The notes beneath the pieces are model-generated. The model was not told the origin of the DNA and made no database searches. It was given only the letters and a program-made list of their open reading frames with translations. A DNA stretch of 28,220 nt. It comes from a virus (lineage: Duplodnaviria > Caudoviricetes). The stretch lies in IMG/VR virus record IMGVR_UViG_3300025392_000641, positions 1 through 28,220 of that record, one strand, 5' to 3'. Below are positions 17,572 to 25,439 of this stretch, in pieces; position 1 is the stretch's first letter, and each line of letters starts with the position of its first letter. Position numbers and translations under genes: made by a program.

Positions 17572-17679
17572 GGGTCCCTAATCGGGACACCATTTCCGGT
17601 TCCGCTGGACGCTTCAATCCACGCCACAGCAAACTCGACCCCCGCTACTCGTGATCTACAAAACTATATGTGTGCAAAA

Positions 17680-17760
17680 ATCATAGCGCAAGCCGGATTA
17701 TCTGTCAACCGCACGAAAATGTGTAGAGGCACACGGATTATCTGTCAACCGCATGAAAAT
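17680..17760 (-). promoter_or_regulatory. Duplicated promoter: 27-bp direct repeat x2 (40-bp period), each carrying TTGACA
   Basis: CGGATTATCTGTCAACCGCAYGAAAAT at 17694-17720 and 17734-17760; first copy gives TTGACA-N17-TATGAT, second TTGACA-N17-TACACA. Confidence 0.75.
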
Positions 17761-17845
17761 TAAAAGGGGAGTGCCCCTGCAAAAGCCTAGAGAACTTTCA
17801 CAGGGGCACAGGGGTAGGCATGGGGCGTTGGGTACCCATGCCTAC
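17761..17845 (-). terminator. Tandem hairpin terminators ending the recombination/regulator operon
   Basis: GTAGGCATGGG/CCCATGCCTAC (17814-17845) and GTGCCCCTG/CAGGGGCAC (17771-17809) followed by a T-rich run. Confidence 0.75.
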
Positions 17846-17848
17846 GAA

Positions 17849-18061
17849 CTATAGAACGCCGTCCGTAATGGCCCAAAAGCCGTTGCTGACGCTGTATTCA
17901 ACAGTACTAGCAGGGTCAATGCTACCTGCTAAACGGTCAGTACAAAATTCTACAAAACTTTCAACTGTCAATGGGTAATCAAGTCGTGACTCAGAATACT
18001 CATTAAACAAGTCAAGGTCGATAGTGTCGTACGTTGCTGTAATGGTAACAGTGCACTTCAT
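17849..18061 (-). CDS. Hypothetical protein, 70 aa
   Basis: ATGA overlap with the upstream gene; terminator follows. Confidence 0.75.
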   Translation of the reverse strand: MKCTVTITATYDTIDLDLFNEYSESRLDYPLTVESFVEFCTDRLAGSIDPASTVEYSVSNGFWAITDGVL

Positions 18062-18306
18062 GCTAACGGTCCAATAAATCGAACGTATGTAAGTCGGTTG
18101 CCATTTTCGCCTTTGCGGTAGGCACGTTCGTAACGTGGACCTGCAAACATGCGTGGCACCGGTATGTGGTTTGGGTTTTCAATAATCATAGCCCATTCAC
18201 CTGGTCGCTCTTTAAGCATTGCATCAACCCGAGCCCACTTGCTTGTGCGCTTGACTTGGCCTTGACTGCTTGGTAGGGGTGTTTCCCATTTAATTTGCTC
18301 ATTCAT
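18058..18306 (-). CDS. Hypothetical protein, 82 aa
   Basis: Strong SD AGGAGG; promoter-like element upstream. Confidence 0.8.
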   Translation of the reverse strand: MNEQIKWETPLPSSQGQVKRTSKWARVDAMLKERPGEWAMIIENPNHIPVPRMFAGPRYERAYRKGENGNRLTYVRFIGPLA

Positions 18307-18363
18307 TTTACCCTCCTACAGGTAGTTATTTACTGCGTTATGTACATTTAAGCATACAACTTT

Positions 18364-18378
18364 AGACTTGTCAAGTCT
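18364..18378. promoter_or_regulatory. 15-bp palindrome AGACTTG-T-CAAGTCT containing a minus-strand TTGACA
   Basis: Operator-like, overlapping a -35 upstream of the 82-aa gene. Confidence 0.5.
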
Positions 18379-18764
18379 TATTTTATTTCTTTTCTTTTCC
18401 TATAACGAGCCACACGAATGCGAGTAGCAGAATTATAGGCATCAATGCATGGCTGGCATGTAACATGAGATTCGTCCTTTGTCTTTTGGCGTCGATGCCA
18501 TGCCCACCCTCGCTCGGTCCCGTGTTCGACTTCTTTGCGGTTAGGTGGTTGGTATCCAAGTGATACCGAAAGAATGCGTAGTTCGTGGTAATCGAGTCCT
18601 GCCCAGATTCCCCACGCCTCACGATGCACGAGAGCCCATTTAAGACAGTTTGCCTTAATGGGACACTCGGCGCAAATCATTTTTGCATGCATCTGTGAGC
18701 GATTGCGGTCGTCAAAAAAAAGTTTGGTTTTACCCACACACTTTGCTTTTGACCAATCAACCAT
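18378..18764 (-). CDS. whiB: WhiB family transcription factor with extra C-terminal His/Cys motif
   Basis: W..AKC, C..CP...C, GIWAG; C-terminal HGT..GW..H...CQPC. Confidence 0.92.
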   Translation of the reverse strand: MVDWSKAKCVGKTKLFFDDRNRSQMHAKMICAECPIKANCLKWALVHREAWGIWAGLDYHELRILSVSLGYQPPNRKEVEHGTERGWAWHRRQKTKDESHVTCQPCIDAYNSATRIRVARYRKRKEIK

Positions 18765-19135
18765 TAAAAGTCGTCTTCAACGGCCTTCTTTTTAGCACCC
18801 TCGAAAGGATTACCTGTAACCTGCGCTGTTGCGAATCGAAGGTCTGGTCCAACAGCCTCAGCATTAAGAATTACCTTGCTTACAGTCTTACCTTCCTTGT
18901 TCTCGTAACGGTCTTGGTTCAAGTTACCGTTGACTACAACTCGGTCACCCTTATGTAGTGAATCAGCAATGCCCTGAGCAAGTGTGCCCCAAGCGGTGCA
19001 GTCGAAGTAAGAAACGTATTCTTCCTCGCCCTTCTTTCTGTTTACTGCAACAGAGAAGTTCACAAGGGCCATGCCGTTGTTGGTGAACTTTAACTCTGGG
19101 TCGGCGGTAAGTCTGCCTATAATGGTGGTACTCAT
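18764..19135 (-). CDS. ssb: Single-stranded DNA-binding protein
   Basis: IIGRLTADPELKFT, KGDRVVVNG, acidic tail EDDF. Confidence 0.95.
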   Translation of the reverse strand: MSTTIIGRLTADPELKFTNNGMALVNFSVAVNRKKGEEEYVSYFDCTAWGTLAQGIADSLHKGDRVVVNGNLNQDRYENKEGKTVSKVILNAEAVGPDLRFATAQVTGNPFEGAKKKAVEDDF

Positions 19136-19178
19136 TTCTGTCCTATGCTTTCTCTAATTACTGCTCTGTAAGTGTACA

Positions 19179-19520
19179 TCAATAACCGGCCATTTGCAAC
19201 AGTTTCACCATGTCTTCTAGTGTAACTACTGCATAGGCTCGACTTGCACTTGTGTTACGTCGCTTGATAACTGCTAGGCCGATGTCTGCCTTAGCGTTGT
19301 TCTTCTCTACCTCGGTTTCATCCATGATAGAAGCGAGTGTTATCTTGCCTACGTTCTTGCACTCAATCACAATGGCATGGGCAAACCCGTTAAGGTCACC
19401 CTTGTCAATCGTGTTTCCTGCACCGTAACGTCGTTCGACTTGCGGGTAGCCATTTTCGTTAAAGAACTTAGCAACGTCACGCTCCCACTGACTGCCCTTA
19501 GCCTTCTGTGGTGTCGTCAT
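19179..19520 (-). CDS. Holliday junction resolvase-like PD-(D/E)XK nuclease
   Basis: KAKGSQWERDV, DKGDL, IECKN. Confidence 0.85.
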   Translation of the reverse strand: MTTPQKAKGSQWERDVAKFFNENGYPQVERRYGAGNTIDKGDLNGFAHAIVIECKNVGKITLASIMDETEVEKNNAKADIGLAVIKRRNTSASRAYAVVTLEDMVKLLQMAGY

Positions 19521-19626
19521 ACATACCCATTTTTTCCTGTATTTTTGTAAGTTCTTTCAAAAGTTCTTCCTTTGTCATTGATTTACTAATTTCATCAAAG
19601 ACGTTATCTTTCTGTGGTGTCGTCAT
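19498..19626 (-). CDS. Small protein, 42 aa (MTTPQKDNVFDEISKSMTKEELLKELTKIQEKMGMYDDTTEG)
   Basis: Hand-translated; begins with the same 17 bp as the resolvase. Confidence 0.6.
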   Translation of the reverse strand: MTTPQKDNVFDEISKSMTKEELLKELTKIQEKMGMYDDTTEG

Positions 19627-19771
19627 CGTCCCTCTGTCTAGCCATAATGTTTTTCATTGCTGTTGTAATAATTTCTTGGTCAACGCCAAGCGTAATAAGT
19701 TCAGTAAGAAATGGAATCATTACAGAGTCCACCGCTTCATTAATTGACTGAATTAACTCCTGCTTTTCCAT
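19604..19771 (-). CDS. Small protein, 55 aa (MEKQELIQSINEAVDSVMIPFLTELITLGVDQEIITTAMKNIMARQRDDDDTTER)
   Basis: Hand-translated; SD GAAAGGA; fills the operon gap. Confidence 0.7.
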   Translation of the reverse strand: MEKQELIQSINEAVDSVMIPFLTELITLGVDQEIITTAMKNIMARQRDDDDTTER

Positions 19772-20010
19772 GGTACAAGTCCTTTCTGACTGCGTTCCTT
19801 AACCATTTTACTTCTTTGCTTGGCACTAATTCCAGCACGGTATCCAATTTGCAAATAATCGTTTAATGCATCCTCAAGACATTGCTCCCTAACCGGACAA
19901 GGAACACAAACGTTTAAAATTTTTTCCTCTACGATGTACGACTTGCCCTTTTGCGGATGAAAAATGTTGACATCCATCCCACGACATTTTGCCTGCTCTC
20001 TCCAACTCAC
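19753..20010 (-). CDS. whiB: WhiB family transcription factor
   Basis: WREQAKCRG, CVPCPVREQCL, degenerate GYRAG turn. Confidence 0.88.
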   Translation of the reverse strand: MSWREQAKCRGMDVNIFHPQKGKSYIVEEKILNVCVPCPVREQCLEDALNDYLQIGYRAGISAKQRSKMVKERSQKGLVPWKSRS

Positions 20011-20531
20011 TTTGCAACCCTTTTCATTAAACCTTCTTTAAAACCTTTAGGCATTGGCACTGATTCTTTAACTCTTTCCTCAATAACACGCTCCCATTTG
20101 TCACTCTTGGGAGTTGTGATAACAATAGCAGGTTTGTTAACTTTGGCGTCTCGCTCACGTTGACCAACCATTGCGTCGTAGTGCTTACGAAACTTCTCTG
20201 GAGACAGTATGACCGTGCTCCAGAAATCGTGACCCATGCACCACTTAAGCAACTCAGAGGCATGCGCCTCGTTGCGCTTGTCAATGCGAATCATCTTCTC
20301 AAGCACTGCCACTGCTGTGTCGTTAACACGTGGTGGGTTCTTGCCATTGTTTTTAATGCACTGCACCATCTCTTTAAGTAATCTCTCACCAGCAACCCAC
20401 GTAGGTTTCCCCTTTACAGTCGGCGCCTTCACTGCCTTTACTTTTTCGATGGCTTCTGTCACTTCTTCTATTGAAACTAATTTGTCTTCAATTAAAGAGC
20501 AGAGAACCTTGCGGTAGTCAACGGTTGCCAT
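20007..20531 (-). CDS. Putative replication initiation protein (C-terminal-domain-like), 174 aa
   Basis: KMIRIDKR...W...DFWSTVILSPEKFRKHYD resembles phage replication protein O-type C-termini; start revised to 20531. Confidence 0.6.
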   Translation of the reverse strand: MATVDYRKVLCSLIEDKLVSIEEVTEAIEKVKAVKAPTVKGKPTWVAGERLLKEMVQCIKNNGKNPPRVNDTAVAVLEKMIRIDKRNEAHASELLKWCMGHDFWSTVILSPEKFRKHYDAMVGQRERDAKVNKPAIVITTPKSDKWERVIEERVKESVPMPKGFKEGLMKRVAK

Positions 20532-20808
20532 TAGTTTCCCTAAACAAACAAAGCGCAATAATGGTGTAAGTTGCCAGGTCAAGCAAGGAATCTTCAATCG
20601 ATTCGTTGACCATCTTTCCTCCTTGTGCGCCCTTCTGCAATCGTCTCATCTTGTCGTTCGCTCGTGCCATGCAACCAACCCAACCTGGGATACCAAAATC
20701 TTCACTCGCTCGTACGTTTGCAAACGGGTCGTTTGTCTTTCCATAGTCGGCTTGTTTCTTGTCATGCATAGCCTGAATCTCTTTAAGTATGTTTGTAAAT
20801 TCAGTCAT
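20518..20808 (-). CDS. Nucleotide modification-associated domain 1 (DUF1599-like) protein, 96 aa
   Basis: KKQADYG...DPFAN...DKMRRL...ESIEDSLLDLATYTII; start revised to the TAATG overlap. Confidence 0.8.
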   Translation of the reverse strand: MTEFTNILKEIQAMHDKKQADYGKTNDPFANVRASEDFGIPGWVGCMARANDKMRRLQKGAQGGKMVNESIEDSLLDLATYTIIALCLFRETNGNR

Positions 20809-21200
20809 TAACAACCGTCGGTCCATTCTGGGTATAACCCGTGGTTCCTTGTCCAATAAAAATACGCTACTGCGTTTTGTTCTATCTTATTTGCTTGGTT
20901 TGGTGTAGCAGGTAGGCTAGGCATGTAAGAACGTGCAAACTGCCAAATGCCAGGCATGAACTGATACATTCCCTGCGCTCCTGATACCACGTTGGTATCA
21001 ACCAACTTGTCACGACTCTCGGTGTGAGCAATACATTTAAATTGCAACTGCACACTTGGTGGCAATGCTGTTATGGGGTCGAATGAACGAATCCCATTAG
21101 CGACCATTGTCGTAGGTGCATCAACCGATGCAGTTGCTGACGGTTGTATAAAATTCATGGATAGGAGTAACCCACCCATTGCTAGTGTTGAACGTATCAT
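20808..21200 (-). CDS. Secreted lysozyme-like (Rpf-type) transglycosylase
   Basis: Signal peptide; CIAHTES (catalytic Glu), GMYQF...W, EQNAVA, terminal W...C. Confidence 0.8.
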   Translation of the reverse strand: MIRSTLAMGGLLLSMNFIQPSATASVDAPTTMVANGIRSFDPITALPPSVQLQFKCIAHTESRDKLVDTNVVSGAQGMYQFMPGIWQFARSYMPSLPATPNQANKIEQNAVAYFYWTRNHGLYPEWTDGC

Positions 21201-21361
21201 TATTCACCTTTGGTCCTTGAAGACGGGTGAATCGCTCTCGCTAATTCCAACTCTAATTCACGAATCCTTCTGTGCGCATCACGTAGTTCTATGCGTGTAC
21301 GTTCTAACTCACCAACTATTATCGTATTGCGGTCTTGTAAATACTTTATTTCATTTGACAT
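21200..21361 (-). CDS. Small coiled-coil protein, 53 aa (MSNEIKYLQDRNTIIVGELERTRIELRDAHRRIRELELELARAIHPSSRTKGE)
   Basis: Hand-translated; SD AGGAGG; TAATG overlap. Confidence 0.75.
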   Translation of the reverse strand: MSNEIKYLQDRNTIIVGELERTRIELRDAHRRIRELELELARAIHPSSRTKGE

Positions 21362-21488
21362 CTGAACCCTCCTGTGGTTTAAATTCTGTCATTTTGTTTT
21401 TGTTGCTTGGGCAACGATGTACTACTTCTTCTGCTTTTTGTTCTACTAAAAGCAAACACTTTGGGCAAACCCATTTTCTAAACTTCAT
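21351..21488 (-). CDS. Small zinc-ribbon protein, 45 aa (CPKC...HRC)
   Basis: Hand-translated; SD AGGAGG. Confidence 0.7.
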   Translation of the reverse strand: MKFRKWVCPKCLLLVEQKAEEVVHRCPSNKNKMTEFKPQEGSDVK

Positions 21489-21495
21489 ACCCCTC

Positions 21496-21969
21496 CTAGA
21501 TGGTAATAAATGTAAACGGTGGCATTGCCATGTTTGAATGCTTGGCCGTAGTTTTCAGTGCTACACGGACTGCATTGTTACTTGTTGCTTTTTGTTCAGA
21601 AAGAACAGCAAGGCAACCAGTAGCAACAGGGTTACCGGCACCAACGCTAGCATAATTTTCTTTAAACTTTATTACGGACAAATCGTCATCAATTTCGTAA
21701 AGAAACTTTTTAGTAACTACAAGTAGGTTCCACTCACCGCTTACGTTGGCTTCATGAAGATGGTTACGTAAAGCGTACGGGTCACTTAAACCCGACTTGC
21801 GAGCAACCTCGATAACTCGGAATGAACCCGAGCCACCAATAAGGGAGTCGCCTACTTTCCATACCTTCGGTTCAGCAGACAACTGGTACAGACCACCTTC
21901 GTCGTATGCACCAGCGTCGCCACCAATTGAGTATGTTTTACCATCTGTAAAGCCAACAATGCAGGTCAT
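21496..21969 (-). CDS. HslV/proteasome beta-like Ntn protease
   Basis: Thr2 (MTCIVG), GGD, KVWK, GGSGS, SVGAG. Confidence 0.8.
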   Translation of the reverse strand: MTCIVGFTDGKTYSIGGDAGAYDEGGLYQLSAEPKVWKVGDSLIGGSGSFRVIEVARKSGLSDPYALRNHLHEANVSGEWNLLVVTKKFLYEIDDDLSVIKFKENYASVGAGNPVATGCLAVLSEQKATSNNAVRVALKTTAKHSNMAMPPFTFITI

Positions 21970-22112
21970 TTAAAGTTTTCCGGTACTATGCCTCTGTAAG
22001 GCATCTGTTGGGGTTGAGGTTTGAAGGATGCTTCGCACTTGGGACAGAACACGTACGGCCGTTGCGTCAGCGCTACCATCCATTCGTGCTTGCATTCTTT
22101 CCACTTACTCAT
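21966..22112 (-). CDS. Small zinc-ribbon protein, 48 aa (CKHEW...CPKC)
   Basis: Hand-translated; ATGA overlaps at both ends. Confidence 0.75.
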   Translation of the reverse strand: MSKWKECKHEWMVALTQRPYVFCPKCEASFKPQPQQMPYRGIVPENFK

Positions 22113-22684
22113 GATAACTCTAGGATTACTCCGACTACTTCTGCTTCGGATAGGTCGTTAAGTGACTTAAGTTCACGGCCTACTAAACCTTCTACAAACT
22201 TCTTACGCTCGACAGGCTCAGCAAACTTTGCTGATAGCAAGTCACGCATTGTCTCTGCCGATGTCTTTTCCTTTGGCTTAGCACTAGCCTTAGCCCTAGT
22301 TGCTGAGTTGGCGTCGTCGTCCTCATCGGCCACTAGCCCCAAGCAACTCATATATGAGTAACGACGAGCATAGGTGCACGCACTACCAAAACTTTGCATG
22401 TCCTCTTTGGCAAGGTGTAGTTGCATTGAGTAAGCAATGAACTGACCTGATTCGTGAATCAAGTAGGTAAGTAGAGAGTCGGTGCCATCTTCTGAGTGAG
22501 TGATGAACTGACTAACTGCAAGGCCATGCTTTGCTAAAACAGGTGCTGTGTGTTGCACAACCTCTGGTAGACCTGCGTATTTGCTCTTAAAGAATGGGTT
22601 AACTGAACCCTTTGGTACTGCACTGAACTCGGCTTGAGCCTTGACCAATGACATTGCTAATTCGTTAATTTCTTGTGATTGCAT
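22109..22684 (-). CDS. erf: ERF family ssDNA annealing protein
   Basis: NPFFKSKYAGL, GSACTYARRYSYMSCLGL, EDDDAN. Confidence 0.93.
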   Translation of the reverse strand: MQSQEINELAMSLVKAQAEFSAVPKGSVNPFFKSKYAGLPEVVQHTAPVLAKHGLAVSQFITHSEDGTDSLLTYLIHESGQFIAYSMQLHLAKEDMQSFGSACTYARRYSYMSCLGLVADEDDDANSATRAKASAKPKEKTSAETMRDLLSAKFAEPVERKKFVEGLVGRELKSLNDLSEAEVVGVILELS

Positions 22685-22693
22685 GTTCTCTCC

Positions 22694-22909
22694 TTAGAAC
22701 TCTGAATTTAAATCATAACCGAGTGCCGCAAATGAAGTCATGATTGCATCCATGGTTTCAAGGCAAGCCTCGTAATTTTTTAGATGAGCAAGATAAACTG
22801 ATGCCCCGTCTTCTTTTAACACAACAGCCCAGTCGTCCCCGTCTAAGCAATCAGGGTACAACGTCAGTGTAACATCGTTACCTGTAATTGTTACCATTGG
22901 TGAATCCAT
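22694..22909 (-). CDS. Hypothetical acidic protein, 71 aa
   Basis: TAATG overlap with the upstream gene. Confidence 0.75.
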   Translation of the reverse strand: MDSPMVTITGNDVTLTLYPDCLDGDDWAVVLKEDGASVYLAHLKNYEACLETMDAIMTSFAALGYDLNSEF

Positions 22910-23790
22910 TACTTACTCTCTCTCTTTGTCATTGCACTACTTGTTATTTTTATTAAACCTGGTCCATCGTCCATACATACAGACTTAAAAGCACAATAAT
23001 CGCACTGCCACGCACGACCGTTAGGGTCAAGCGTCATGAACTCGTTATCGTCGTCTTGTGCCCATCGGTCAGGTAGGTAATCCCTGTTAATAATAGAAGC
23101 AAATTCTTTAAGTCGTTCTAATTCTTCTAGTGCTAACGGTTCCCACTCTGAACGTGGTACTTCAAACTCAGCAAGGAATCGATTAACTCCTTGTATGCCA
23201 AGATTGTCAGCCTTATTCTTTGACAATGCTTCAAAACCAATACTACCCATAACAAGTGTCTCAATGCGAATCTCAGGGTTTTCCCCCTCAATACCCAATG
23301 CATTAAGCCCAGCCTGTGCAACTGCTTTACCTGCTGGCCCCTGTGGGTTGTTAATCGTACCACGCAAACGGTTCCAACCAACTTGTTTGTCAAAGGCATA
23401 AGTGCCCATGGTCTTTAGTTCGTAAAGAACGTGAGTGCCACCGTAATTGGTTCCAACGTCGTACGTGTCAATAAGAGCGTCACATGAACCTGATAGGAAA
23501 TCTCCTATCATGGATGGGACTTCAAATTGGGCTGATGGAAAACGTCGACCAATTGCTTCTTGTAGCGCTTCGTGGACAATAGTGCCGAGGCCAGTGACCC
23601 ATGCTCCTGCTTCGTCCATTGGCTCTGTTGGGTCGGCATTAAAAGCCGCATACCCTTGTTGACGACCACAAGAAAATGTAGACGAATAACGCAATGGTGT
23701 GTTTTTTGCCGTTGGCTTTGGCACTTGCGACTTGATGTGCAATTCCTCAACCAACAAACTTGTAATGACTGGGTTAGATACCTGATTCAT
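22909..23790 (-). CDS. PD-(D/E)XK exonuclease (Cas4/RecB-like, Fe-S Cys), 293 aa
   Basis: CGRQ, GTIVHE, GSCD, YELKT, CDYCAFKSVC; start revised to ATG 23790 after AAGGAG. Confidence 0.88.
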   Translation of the reverse strand: MNQVSNPVITSLLVEELHIKSQVPKPTAKNTPLRYSSTFSCGRQQGYAAFNADPTEPMDEAGAWVTGLGTIVHEALQEAIGRRFPSAQFEVPSMIGDFLSGSCDALIDTYDVGTNYGGTHVLYELKTMGTYAFDKQVGWNRLRGTINNPQGPAGKAVAQAGLNALGIEGENPEIRIETLVMGSIGFEALSKNKADNLGIQGVNRFLAEFEVPRSEWEPLALEELERLKEFASIINRDYLPDRWAQDDDNEFMTLDPNGRAWQCDYCAFKSVCMDDGPGLIKITSSAMTKRESK

Positions 23791-23815
23791 ACAACTCCTT
23801 CCTAGAGTGGATACA

Positions 23816-23844
23816 ACAATACACACTTACAGGGGGATTGTCAA
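23816..23844 (-). promoter_or_regulatory. Sigma70/SigA promoter TTGACA-N17-TATTGT
   Basis: Heads the recombination operon. Confidence 0.8.
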
Positions 23845-24017
23845 ATACTATCTATTCTAATTTCATCATGATAATCGATGAGGTGGTCCATAATTTCTTG
23901 AAGACCATAGATAGAACGTTGAATTCTACAAATTTCGCATTTGTACCCTCGAAAATCACCCCTATGAGTTAAAACGTTTTCGCTTGTATCCCTATTTACA
24001 ATTTTTGCGTAACTCAT
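23841..24017 (-). CDS. Small C2H2-like zinc-finger protein, 58 aa
   Basis: Hand-translated MSYAKIVNRD...YKCEIC-x14-HLIDYH...; ATGA overlap. Confidence 0.7.
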   Translation of the reverse strand: MSYAKIVNRDTSENVLTHRGDFRGYKCEICRIQRSIYGLQEIMDHLIDYHDEIRIDSI

Positions 24018-25237
24018 ATATTTAAATGACCTCCAAAGTCATGAGTTGTACTTTTAACCGCAATAAGGTTTGCCTGTACGTAAGGAATGTGATTGTCGTG
24101 ATGCCACTTGCTAGGAAAGAAACTGCGTAAGCATGACACTTGGAAACGTACACGACCATCAATAAAGTCAGAGTATGTCTTGTCGGTGTGATACCAGAAC
24201 GAGTTCTCGTTCCAGAACGCAATGTGTGTTGGGTCTTGGAACGCACCACGTCCATCACTGCTTGGGGTCATAGATAGCAACATGCCACCGTGTGCCAACT
24301 TGTCGTAGCACCACTCCATGAACGCCACCTTGTCAGGCAAGTGCTCCATAAAATCGTGCGCACGGATAACACCAACGCTACCGTCGGCTATGTCCATGTC
24401 AAAAATGTCACCCACGTAATCAACACCAGGGCCAGGGCGTAGGTCAACGCCTAGAAACCCTTCAGCCTTGTTGTGGTGTGCACCCAGGTCAAGGGCAAGC
24501 AGACCCTCACGCTTAGCCCAAGCCACGGCGTTACGCTCTACGGTCTGGTGATACAACTCCACGGTGCCAGTCTGAATCTCGGCGTTACGTACAGTTTGAG
24601 TGTTGTCTGGATGTACACGTTGCAGGTACAAAATCTCAGGAATGTGGTAGAACTTGGTTGCCTGGTACATACGAGCCATAATGTCTTGGTCGTCTAGTAC
24701 CTCTAGATTGGCGTTATAGCCCCCTATTTGGTCGTATAGAGCCCTTCGGAAGGCTCTTAGGTGGTTAGGGGCATACCAAATGTAAGAAAGGTTGTGGGGG
24801 TATGGTTCAAAGGATAAAGCACCCTTGTATCCATCCTCTACGTAATACTTCCAACCGTGGGCTGGGTCAAACTCAGAATCGTCTGGCTTGCCGTCCTCAA
24901 GAATTTGGGCGGTGTCAGAATAGACAAAGCCTACTTCAGGAAAGTTATCAAAGACCCACTCAACATCCATAAGCGCAGTGGGCAGAAGTATGTCGTCATG
25001 GTCTAATTCAAGAAGAATGTCACCCCTGCAATAATCCATGCACTCACGTTTAAGAGCACCTACGCCAGTGTGTACAGACCAATACACGGTAACCCGTGCG
25101 TCCTCTGGTGGTTCCCATTCGGCATCGCCGTTAAGAAGAACTATCCATTCCCAGTTGTTGTTAGTTTGCTCGTTAAGCGAACGGTAGCACTCGTTAAGAT
25201 ACTTAGGGTCGTGACTAGGAGTGAATACGCTTATCAC
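24014..25237 (-). CDS. GT2 glycosyltransferase fused to a class I SAM methyltransferase-like domain, 407 aa
   Basis: ISVFTPSH, LDHDD (DxD), DDQD; C-terminal LDLGA, HDFMEH, QDPTH; start revised to GTG 25237 after GGAGG. Confidence 0.88.
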   Translation of the reverse strand: MISVFTPSHDPKYLNECYRSLNEQTNNNWEWIVLLNGDAEWEPPEDARVTVYWSVHTGVGALKRECMDYCRGDILLELDHDDILLPTALMDVEWVFDNFPEVGFVYSDTAQILEDGKPDDSEFDPAHGWKYYVEDGYKGALSFEPYPHNLSYIWYAPNHLRAFRRALYDQIGGYNANLEVLDDQDIMARMYQATKFYHIPEILYLQRVHPDNTQTVRNAEIQTGTVELYHQTVERNAVAWAKREGLLALDLGAHHNKAEGFLGVDLRPGPGVDYVGDIFDMDIADGSVGVIRAHDFMEHLPDKVAFMEWCYDKLAHGGMLLSMTPSSDGRGAFQDPTHIAFWNENSFWYHTDKTYSDFIDGRVRFQVSCLRSFFPSKWHHDNHIPYVQANLIAVKSTTHDFGGHLNI

Positions 25238-25439
25238 GTTTCCTCCAGTGGATTGTGTTTTTGAGGTAGATTGGGCCATAGAACAGACTAGCAATACAGA
25301 AACCGTATTGGTGGGTTTTGAAGCCATAAATTGTCCACAAAAAAGCGTTGACAAAAAGAATTACCCATGACCACCACACTTTGCGTCCAGCAAGATACGC
25401 ACCGGTCATACCAATGCCTTCAAGAATAAATGACCACAT
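25215..25439 (-). CDS. PnuC-like small membrane protein, 74 aa
   Basis: AGRKVWWSW...LWTIYG...QYGF pattern; TAATG overlap. Confidence 0.65.
   Translation of the reverse strand: MWSFILEGIGMTGAYLAGRKVWWSWVILFVNAFLWTIYGFKTHQYGFCIASLFYGPIYLKNTIHWRKRDKRIHS

Noticed and set aside
17661-17677. NrdR box-like AAACTATATGTGTG
   Set aside because: Right half out of register and no tandem partner
17470-17763. 97-aa plus-strand ORF with NYNYNY
   Set aside because: Translation of the hexamer repeat; overlaps promoters; no RBS
13480-17850. tRNA, tmRNA, RNase P or Ms1 genes
   Set aside because: No cloverleaf with a GTTCRA T-arm and none of the diagnostic termini or motifs found by eye
22909-23790. CRISPR-Cas system from the Cas4-like gene
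   Set aside because: No array or other cas genes; the nuclease sits with ERF as a recombination module
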